From: Octopus vulgaris
Lineage: Eukaryota
Reading direction: 5' to 3'
DNA: 64,000 nt
Assembly (NCBI GenBank): GCA_951406725.2
Contig: OX597824.1
Span: 92,876,001 to 92,940,000 of the forward strand
Below, in pieces: positions 53,971 to 64,000 of this stretch. The stretch's first letter is position 1. Every line of letters begins with the position of its first letter. A program made the translations under genes and the position numbers. A model generated the notes under the pieces. That model was not told the DNA's origin. It was given only the letters and a program-made list of their open reading frames with translations, and made no database searches.

Positions 53971-55867
53971 TTTAACAAGAAACAGAATATTTCTCTGTTA
54001 AACGAACTGACTGACTGAAATGAAATAATGTAAAAATGAAAAACAAAAAACGAAACAAAAGAGACAACAAAACATAAAAAGGAATAGAAAACCATCAGAC
54101 AAGTATTTACTAAACTAAACAAGTGATAATTAAAAAAAAATGGCGTTCATACTTATAGTGCAGCATTACTTGTAGTGAAAGAATAATAAGTGCAGCTGCT
54201 AAAATAAATCGGTCAAATATAATGATTACGATTCTTCGTTATTAGATTAATGCATAGTAAGGTATCAAGAACGGAACAATTGAAATGTTGTGATTTGAAA
54301 AGCGGCTGCTGTAATATTCGTTGCTGAGCCATCATAGAGACTTGTTCGAAGATTTCTTTGTGTTTTAATGTGTGTTCAAATCTAGGACACCTTTTTTAAA
54401 GCCAATCGCAGTATTTCAATTGTATTTTACCATAGTGACTCAAGAAAAATATAATGTGTGGTAGAATTTGTCGGCGGGTTTTGAGTTCAGGTAGTTAAAC
54501 AAAAAAAAACAAACAAACAGTGTAATAGAATATATCACAGATATCTTTTCATACGCCCTAAGGACTCTATCAATCAGCGGCTTTGTTGGTAATTTTCAAT
54601 TAAATCATTTATATTTAGTTATGATACAGTTATTGCTGGTCTGTGGTAAAATGGGGTAAAATTAATAACGTAGCAAAATGGACAAAACCAATGAATTCGG
54701 AAATAGTAGACAATATCGACAAATGCTTATGCAACTTAATCTAATAAGGAGATAAATGCCTCGTCTTACACTACAGCACTATGATTACACGAAGATTTGT
54801 AATCTGGATTCGTGCATTTTCGATAGCAGACGACAGCTTTACGCATACAAATATAGTTAAATCCCTGTAGAAAAATCAAATAGGTACCTAAATATAAGTA
54901 AGCATATGGATACGTGTTTATGTGTGTGTGTGTGTGACTCTGTGTACTTGTCTATATATGAATATATATTTATGTTGTGTGTCTTCTCATGGGTTTTGAA
55001 TTTCACAAGTCGTCCGGAAATTATGACTCAAGTATAATGCGACATTGAACAATACAGCCTCTCAGAATGAAGCGCATAACCCATTTGTTATAAGTGTAAG
55101 TACTTAGAATATATTTAACTCTTAGAAACGTGTTCAAATATATTTATATAAGCACGGAGATTGAGGTAGATTACCAGTGTATGCTTACCTGCACGTATTT
55201 GTTTGCTATCCAAGCGTCAATCTTGTTCTATTGATTGTAAGGACTCGATAAATGTCGCCAGAATACGAAAGTAACGCGTGATAAAACTATAAAATGAGAA
55301 TAACTTTGTATAAAACGTTTATTTCCATTAAGAAATATGTATATATGCAAGCACATGTTTGTCTGGGTAGGAGGTCAAATATATGTGTAGCATTGGGACT
55401 TAGGCTGATAGCAATCTGTAACAAATTGTTTTCGTGTTACTAGAATGGTAACAGTACCTGCCTGTATTTATATAAATGTTTGTGTAAACATATACATGTA
55501 TTTATATGAATCAATTTAGCGTTTTGGAAGATGTAAACTCGAAGCATATATAAAGCAATAAATAATGACGTGTAAATATTGGATTAACTATCCTTTGGAT
55601 TGAATAATTTGAAGGCCTACAGATATTTACACGGAATTATTTATAGTTTTGCATATGACTCGAGTTTCAATGTTGCAAAGTAATTATTTCTCACATTCTC
55701 GAGATGTCCACATTATCATGGCTTCACTAATATAAATATATCCGTGCATATATATAAGCATAAAGAGGATGAAATGGAACAATAAATTTAGAATATTTCA
55801 AATCATTTTAATTGAAAGACACATAACAGATATATGTATGTATATAATATATATATATATATATATA

Positions 55868-56080
55868 GTTAATCCAAACATGAAAACACAAAGAAAGAAC
55901 ACAACAACGCGAGGACGTGGAACAAATATAGTATTATTGGACGCTCAGAAAGGAAGGGAAGAAGAAGGAGGGTTTTACGTTTCGAGCGGAGCTCTTCGTC
56001 GGAAACATAGGAGAAGGAAAGATCCAGAGAAGGGAAGATGGAGGAAAAAAATCGCCACCAGTACACACGCGGTCACATTT
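55868..56080 (-). mobile_element. Family D1 short element with hammerhead-like core, in (TA)n
   Basis: Minus strand: ttCCGACGAaGAGCtccGCTCGAAACGTAaa; ends tttggattaac next to (TA)n, like the 21886 copy. Confidence 0.72.
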
Positions 56081-57037
56081 TGAAATATATATATATGCAT
56101 GTATGTATATATGTATGTATGTATGTATGTGCGTGTGTCTATGTACGTGTGTATATGTGTATATTAATACCTTTGTGTTTGCGCTTGCTGATCACCCCGA
56201 TTCACAATTGGTGTTGTTTTAATTACGTCCTCTTAATCTAGCGGCTCTGCGAAAGTAACCAAAATAATAACTATCAGACGAATAGGAGAAAAAAATAAGT
56301 ACTTGGGGGTCGGTTTGTTTGAGTAATCCATTGAAGCCCATCAACCAATAAAATTTCAAAGATTCTATGAAACACGAAATGCTCGAAAAATGGTTTATTA
56401 GTTTTTCTTTTAAGAGTATAAGTTAAGAAAAATATCATCACCCAACGCGCTGACTTTCATGTGAAGTCTTGAAAAATGGAAGCATTATTTTCATGTTGTA
56501 GACATTACGGATTTACAATCTGCAACAGTCTTACGAAATTCTAAATTGTGCTTTGAAGAATATAAAGAATAATTTCAAAAAATAAACAGCAACGTTAAAT
56601 CCAATTCTTCATAAATATATTTTCATATCAAGAACATGATAAAGAAAAAACATGGTGTAATGGTTTTATTAGTTCTTAAAGTATTGGATATATATATATC
56701 TTCAGAGATGGAAACAATAGTACTGTGTTATGCTTTACATTCCAAAAGTATATAGATATGTTCCATCAACGTTATAAGGATTTAAATGCAAGTATGAATA
56801 CAGAATCTTTGTTATATATTTCTACAGTTTTATTCTTAATCTTGTATTGTGTTCGTACAAGCATTCATATTTATTCTGATGCGAAACAGATCAAAAATAT
56901 TTAACACTAAATAATTTCTCATTACACTAAAATTATTTTTAAAATTCCAGATTCTGAATCTCTCATATTTAAAAATTGTTTACAAAAAATGCTTAAGGAG
57001 AGTTTTAGAAATCTACGCTTAAACGAATACTCTCTCT

Positions 57038-57448
57038 CTCTTTTACTCTTTTACTTATTTCAGTCATTTGACTGCGGCCATGCTGGAGCACCGCCTTTAG
57101 TTGAGCAAATCAACCCCGGGACCTATTCTTTGTAAGCCAAGTACTTATTATATCGGTCTCTTTTGCCGAACCGCTAAGTGACAGGGACGTAAACACACCA
57201 GCATCGGTTGTCAAGCAATGCTAGGGGGACAAACACAGATACACAAACACATACACACACATACACATATATATATACATATATACGACAGGCTTCTTTC
57301 AGTTTCCGTCTACCAAATCCACTCACAAGGCATTGGCCGGCCCGCGGCTATAGCAGAAGACACTTGCCCAAGATGCCACGCAGTGGGACTCTACCCGGAA
57401 CCATGTGGTTGGTTAGCAAGCTACTTACCACACAGCCACTCCTGCGCC
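57038..57448 (-). mobile_element. SINE family B, full length
   Basis: Reverse complement of the 38058 copy. Confidence 0.92.
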
Positions 57449-57758
57449 TATCGATCATAAATTCAATATGGTTCTGTTTTTCTAATCGTGCGACTATGCA
57501 CAACCATGCACAACACATAATATTAGTCAGGAGATATGTATCCCACGGATAAAGTACACATTTTATTATACTACATTATTTTTATTACACCGCATTTATC
57601 TCTCGTGGATCACGTGACGCTTCCATTTTTTATTATTTTTTTGCAATTTGCTTTTATTGTTATTTTAATTTTAAGTTTAATATTTCTATTATATGTAATT
57701 TTCTAGATGGTGTAATTTAATTGTTCGTTTGAATTGATAAAAGATGTTTTTATCCTAA

Positions 57759-57844
<86 letters not shown>

Positions 57845-57922
57845 TATATTGTGTGAAATTTGATTTAGTATTTCTAAATTAAATTTTTCCCTGTAAGTTG
57901 GGATTTATTTTCCCTCAAATAA

Positions 57923-57972
<50 letters not shown>

Positions 57973-58014
57973 TATATTTTACTTGTTTCAGCCCTCGGAT
58001 TATTACATGCATTA

Positions 58015-58215
58015 AAAAACAAGAAAAACAGACAAGAAAAAACACAACAAACTGAGAACGTAGAACATGCAGAGTAGTATTAAGGCGCTCAGAGAAAGAA
58101 AAGAGTGGTTCTTTTATGTTTTGACAATAGCTCTACTTTGGAAACAGGGCACATAGGAAAGTCGAAATAAAGAGGAAGAAGGATAGAGAAAATCGCCAAC
58201 AGTCCACGCGTACTT
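58015..58215 (-). mobile_element. Family D1, diverged copy
   Basis: aacacaacaa...gcgctcaga...aaatcgccaac..t.cacgcg colinear with the 55868 copy. Confidence 0.6.
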
Positions 58216-58222
58216 ACAGCTT

Positions 58223-58293
<71 letters not shown>

Positions 58294-58931
58294 GGAATAT
58301 TATGCCAAACTTACAGGGAAAAATTCAATTTAGAAATATTGAATATTGAATTGATTTTACTGTTATCATTTCTTAAATATATTGTTATTTTGCACATTAC
58401 TTAATCATTGGTATATATTTTATCTTACATTTACTCTTTCTATAAGATGTAATTTTTTTCTAAATGTTATAATTTAATATTTTCATTATTTAATTGATAA
58501 AAACGTGTTTTTCTAATAAATATATATATAGTTGTCAAAGTGTTAGCTTACTGCCTATTACCAGGTTTGATTTAGACGTCAACCTCGGATATAAAAGATG
58601 TTTAAAATACTTCTATTTGTGATTTCTTTCTATCGTAACCTTTAATACTTAATGCCACTTGAGAATAAATGTCGTAGGCTATACTGTATCCAGAATGTTT
58701 ATGCTTAAAGCCATGTCTTCCTAAAGCTAATGACATTACATCCATTGCGATATCTCTGTTAACATTGCGTTATCTTTTGTATCGTGTCTCTTCGTTTAAA
58801 TATTTCCAAAATGCTGTTTGAAACAATATTCTGTTGCACACCACTGTTAGTTTTTGTAATGTATAGCCCACGGTAAAACAATTCATATCGTGTATTTCAA
58901 TATTTCTTTATTTGCTCTCTTGAAACATTTT

Positions 58932-58949
58932 ATACATACACATATGCAA

Positions 58950-58982
<33 letters not shown>

Positions 58983-58990
58983 TATATTTG

Positions 58991-59025
<35 letters not shown>

Positions 59026-59235
59026 TCATACATACAAATATATACATATATATATACATATATATTTATATATATACATATTTAAATATATATATTTGTA
59101 TATACATATATGTGTGTATATATATATGTATATGTAAGTATATATATGTATATATATGTATATATATATATATACATATATTTGTATGTATATATATATA
59201 TATATATGTACATATATATGTGTGTGTGTATATAT

Positions 59236-59323
<88 letters not shown>

Positions 59324-59327
59324 ATAT
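58932..59327. repeat. Interrupted (TA)n microsatellite
   Basis: Directly visible. Confidence 0.95.
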
Positions 59328-59906
59328 CGCAGTTTGCCTCCGCTCATTCGCTCTGTTTAATGTCATCTTGTTAATTTATGTGAAGGAATTCGCGTTTACT
59401 TTTTGCTTGTTTCTCTTCCTTTCCTCGACAACAGCTCTAACTTTTCCCTCCTTTCCTCTGCTGTGGTATCTTTTTGTGAGATTTTAAAAACGAAGAACAA
59501 ACATGTATTAAAGTAAAAGCAGAAAAATAAATTTGTTTAGTCACGATTAATTATCAAATATCAAATTGTTTTACGAATGTTAGTGTTTTTTATTCGCGTT
59601 TCTTTATTAGTTTAGAAGTTCATCAAGACAGACTTCTACGAGCATAGGAACACATACAAACGACAATGAGCATTGCTTTAAAGAGAATGAAGACTGTGCA
59701 TACATATAATGATCATGGTATGTATCAAATATTTCCAGCGAATACTTTAACATAAATTTTCGACAGATATACTAGAATTTTAAAAGCCTTATTCACACAT
59801 TACTAACTCGTGGATAAAATCTATAATGCAGCACCTTCATATGTGTGTGTGTGGTACCATATATATATTTATATATATATAAGAGAACAAAGTGTACGTA
59901 CGCCGC

Positions 59907-59933
<27 letters not shown>

Positions 59934-59937
<4 letters not shown>

Positions 59938-60168
59938 CAAAATGGGACAAGAACGCAAAACATCCAGACATCTAGGTGATATAAAAAGGAACAACAAAAC
60001 ATCAAGATAGACGATACAAACAAAACAAGGAAGAGTCATTCGAAGTTTTCTATCTTCAGTCAAGAACCACAGTATCCTCGAAATTTCTTGAGATTGATTC
60101 TACCTGGCCAGTCCCAAGGAAAAACTAAGCTAAGAATATTAGATTCCTTGGAAGAAAGACGGACAATG
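59934..60168 (-). mobile_element. Family D3 short element between (TA)n and (CA)n
   Basis: Minus strand: ggttcttgaCTGAAGAtagaaaacttcGAAtgactc; homologous to 31596. Confidence 0.6.
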
Positions 60169-60176
60169 TTACACAC

Positions 60177-60288
<112 letters not shown>

Positions 60289-60581
60289 GTAAAGAAAGAG
60301 GAGAGTAGTGAATTATTATATATATATATATATATATATATTCAGTTCTCACACTTTTTGTCTCACTTTATATATATATATATATAATTGTGCTTTCCTG
60401 TCGAAAAGGAGTGAGGAGTAGAATTAAAGCCGAAGTGATTTTATGTAGAGCAGAGGCCATATGTTTATCTTTCAATACTTATTTTCGCAAACTATTCTTT
60501 CAAACAAGGATAAGATTCACATTCTAAAGTTAACTTTGTGTATAAATTGCAGTCGAAAATAGAAAAGTAGATAATGTATTT

Positions 60582-60617
<36 letters not shown>

Positions 60618-60621
60618 GTCT

Positions 60622-60748
60622 ATAATGAGAATTTACACAAAAAAAGACGAAGACGGGCGTGTAAACAACATACAGATGTATTAGTTTAACGCTCAGGAAA
60701 TGAGAAAGTATTTTATGTTTCGAGCCTAAGCTCTCCCACAGAAAGGAA
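60622..60748 (-). mobile_element. Family D2 copy
   Basis: aagacgaagacgggcgtgtaaacaac...gtttcgagcctaagctct colinear with 28048. Confidence 0.68.
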
Positions 60749-60777
60749 TCTACGTATATAAGTATATAAATAAAAAA

Positions 60778-60809
<32 letters not shown>

Positions 60810-60956
60810 TGCATTAAGAAAAGAGGAGATGAAATGTGTAATGAATTTTATTGGGTACGACTCGCTTCGACCCATAAATCTACGGGTAACAATAAGCAAT
60901 CGAAAGTGTGCCAGTGCTTTACTCACCTTCCATTCATACATTTTGTACAATTTCTC

Positions 60957-61004
<48 letters not shown>

Positions 61005-61007
<3 letters not shown>

Positions 61008-61171
61008 ACTCGAGGACGTGGAACAAGTATAGTGTTATTGGACGCTCATGAAATGAACGAAAGAAGAAGGATTTAACGTTTCGAGCGGGGCTCTTCTATA
61101 GAAACATAGCAAAAGGAAAGATCGAAGGAAGGCAAAACGGAGAAAGAAAATCGCCAACGATACGCACGCAG
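61005..61171 (-). mobile_element. Family D1 copy
   Basis: cgaggacgtggaacaa...ttggacgctca...acgtttcgagcggggctcttc...aaaatcgcca. Confidence 0.7.
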
Positions 61172-61664
61172 TGCTGGACTTGCTGCACATTTCGTTTGAA
61201 GGGGCTGCAATTTTTAAGAAGATTTGAAGGTGCATATTCTTAGAAAATATTCTGAATCTGCTTCAATTTCTCTTCTTCTCAGAATGTATGAAGAGAAATA
61301 TGTTTGCGAATTATTAACATCACGCCCTCGAGGAATGAACAAGATGACAGGAGAATATCATCAAATTTATACAAAACTGTTTGATTAAATATTCTTCTTT
61401 CTCTCATTCTTTCCGTTTTTCTGTCGTCTTCTTTTTCTGTTTTTTTTTTCTTTTCGCCAGTTATAAAATTGTAACTTATAACTGATAATTTCATTCCGTC
61501 AAGGTGTGCACACTGATTGCTCTCGTTCATACTTTACTTTTAAATTTCTATAATTTTGAATTTTTATCACTTCTTATTTTGAACTTGACAAATACAGACT
61601 TACAATTGAAATATCGTTCAACCAGTAACATATCTTACAATCGAATCGTGCCCTTCGTCTTGAC

Positions 61665-61689
61665 TATTATTATTATTGTTATTATCATT

Positions 61690-61775
<86 letters not shown>

Positions 61776-61790
61776 TACTACTACTACTAC

Positions 61791-61843
<53 letters not shown>
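61665..61843. repeat. Compound (TTC)n(TTA)n(CTA)n(GTA)n microsatellite
   Basis: Directly visible. Confidence 0.95.
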
Positions 61844-62210
61844 AGCAGTAGTATCATTGATGATGATTTGACTCAGGCGCGTTCTTTTTCTTGGTAGAAT
61901 GTATGTGATAAGAGAGTTCTGTAATCTTAGCTATCCACAAGCTTTCAGTAGCCTTTCAAGTGTTGGAAACACTATTGTTAATCTTTATTGTCCCTAACAA
62001 GCAAAGTTTCTATAGAAGCTATACTGGACATTCTACTCCAATCTCCTTCAAGAATTTGTCGATATATTTGGTTACAGTTTGCAATGCACCAATTGTTACA
62101 CGCACAACTTCTAAGGTGTTCATAATCGAAATTATTATTGTGACAGATATAAGAGAAATAAACAGAAGTATACGAAAACTAAAGAGAACTTTTATGAGAA
62201 TAATAATAAG

Positions 62211-62425
62211 GGTTTCAAATTTTAGCACAAGACTGGCAATTTCGGAGGGGGAGTTAGGTCGATTTCAACGACCCTTCTACTCAACTGGTACTTATTTACT
62301 CGAAACGGAAAGGATGACAAGTAAAGCAACCTCGGTAAAATTTGAACGTAAAAAGTGAAGACTGACAAAATGACGCAAATTATTTCATTTCGCCTGTATT
62401 GCTAACGATTCTGCCAGCTCACTGC
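62211..62425 (-). mobile_element. SINE family A copy with ~19-bp TSD
   Basis: tttatgagaata(a/t)taataa at ~62191 and ~62427. Confidence 0.78.
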
Positions 62426-62445
62426 ATTTATGAGAATATTAATAA

Positions 62446-62841
62446 TCCTTCCTACTATAGGCACAAGGCCGGAAATTTGGGGGGAGGGGGAAGACGATTG
62501 CATCAACCCTAGTGCTTGACTGGTACTTAATTTATCGATCCCCGAAAGAATAAAACGTAAAGTCGACCTCGACGGATTTTTTATCTCAGAACGTAACGGC
62601 AGACGGAATACCTATTTCTTTACTACCCACAAGGAGCTACACACAGAGGGGACAAACACGGGTAGATAAACAGATTAAGTCGATTGTATAGACCCCAGTG
62701 CGTAACTGATACTTAATTTATCGACCCCGAAAGGATGAACGGCAAAGTTGACCTCGGCGGAAATTGAACTCAGAACGTAGCAGCAGACAAAATACGGCTA
62801 CGCATTTCGCCCGGTGTGCTAAAATTTCTGCTAGCTTGCCA
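62446..62841 (-). mobile_element. SINE family A dimer with two different tails
   Basis: Two bodies (ttaatttatcga.cccgaaag at ~62528 and ~62713); junction cggaatacctatttctttactacccacaagg mirrors the 33001 junction. Confidence 0.85.
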
Positions 62842-63315
62842 GATTACAAGAGTAGTAATAATATTAGTAGCATTTATTGAAAATGGTTTTTGGTTCCAGT
62901 ACAAAGCGAGAAGATCCGAAGGGAAGTAAGCTTGTCGATACCGTCGAATCCAGTTTTAGAATAGGACTTCAAGTTATCAATCCTGGATGGATGAATGACA
63001 AAAATGTCATCGAGGGGTTTCGAAATCAGAACGTAAATAATAAACAAATGTGTATATAGAGCAGAAGGAAATATTCTTGTCATGACATGTTGCTAGGCTT
63101 TTCTCGTTCAATGTTACCGTGCATCTATTCTAAGAATCTGCCATTGCAATCGAATGATATTTTTACATTCTTCAATAATATCCGTTTAATCCGAAACGGA
63201 TCTGGTTTGGGATTAACTGATTATACGATTGCACATTTGTGTATTAAATAGCCATTATATTCAATGCCATTACGACGTTTATTTGCATTCGGTCTCTCAG
63301 GTTAAATGATTTTCA

Positions 63316-63380
<65 letters not shown>

Positions 63381-63739
63381 TACACTGGAACGCATTAACT
63401 GTTTCTTAAGCATTAGAGCTTGTAATGCAGGCCATTGGGGACGTTTCTCTTTTGAACCTCTAATAAAAGTGAATTCCCTAATGATGTTTAGTAATCTGAA
63501 GAAGATTTATATCGACAACACCTTACCCATCCTTGTGACATGTTGCTAAACTAAAGATGAAAATAACATTTCGGTGATGAATGTCGCTTATTAGGAATTT
63601 CTGAAAGGTGGTAACTAAGAGGAACGATACACTGCTTTGCTAATCCTGTAGACACATTATGTACAGTTAATGTAGTTAATCTGAAACAACGTGACGTAAT
63701 CCGATCCATCAACTAGCATTGATATGCAATGAAAATATG

Positions 63740-64000
63740 AATTTCAAAGTTTTGCACAAGGCCAGTAATTTCAGTGGAGGAGTGCTCAATTGGTACATAT
63801 TTTATCGAGCCCCATTGGATGAAAATTAAAATCGACATCTGCTGAATTTGAAACCAGATCGATATAATGCGTTTATATCCAGGAGTGGTAAGTCCTGCCA
63901 AGACAATGAAAATATTATTTTCTACTCTTGACACAAGGCCCGACATTTTGGGGGAGGGGACCAGTCGATTAGATCGACCCCAAAACGCAACTGGTACTTA
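63740..64000 (-). mobile_element. Two SINE-A copies, the second cut by the window end
   Basis: ttttgcacaaggccag...ttttatcga; cacaaggcccgacattttgggg...tcgacccc...aactggtactta. Confidence 0.7.

Noticed and set aside
55162-55192. let-7-like seed TGAGGTAG
   Set aside because: Rest of the sequence does not match let-7 and there is no precursor-length hairpin
57606-57630. TCACGTGAC E-box/CLEAR-like promoter motif (also cacgtgac at ~43569)
   Set aside because: Isolated short motifs expected by chance in 64 kb; no linked gene

Overview
AT-rich, very microsatellite-rich eukaryotic DNA, intronic or intergenic. The SINE repertoire and the long (TA)n/(GATA)n/(CATA)n/(ATT)n tracts look like an octopus (cephalopod) genome; this is an inference. 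No intact host protein-coding gene can be supported, and almost all listed ORFs are microsatellite read-throughs. The window is a mosaic of mobile elements: at least three abundant tRNA-derived SINE families (called A, B, C here); LINE relics (Tx1/L1-like zf-RVT 3' end, R4/Dong-like, two RTE-like); two mariner transposase fragments; a complete non-autonomous Helitron; a Helentron/HINE-like element; and two hairpin MITEs. Most interesting: (1) several families of short non-coding elements sitting in (TA)n tracts that carry minimal hammerhead-ribozyme-like cores, as Penelope-like elements/retrozymes do; (2) a Tx1/L1-like LINE with both copies inside (GATA)n; (3) one SINE-A tail that matches the 3' end of that LINE, pointing to a SINE-LINE partnership; (4) multimeric SINE insertions and unusually long flanking duplications. 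All alignments were made by eye and boundaries are approximate.
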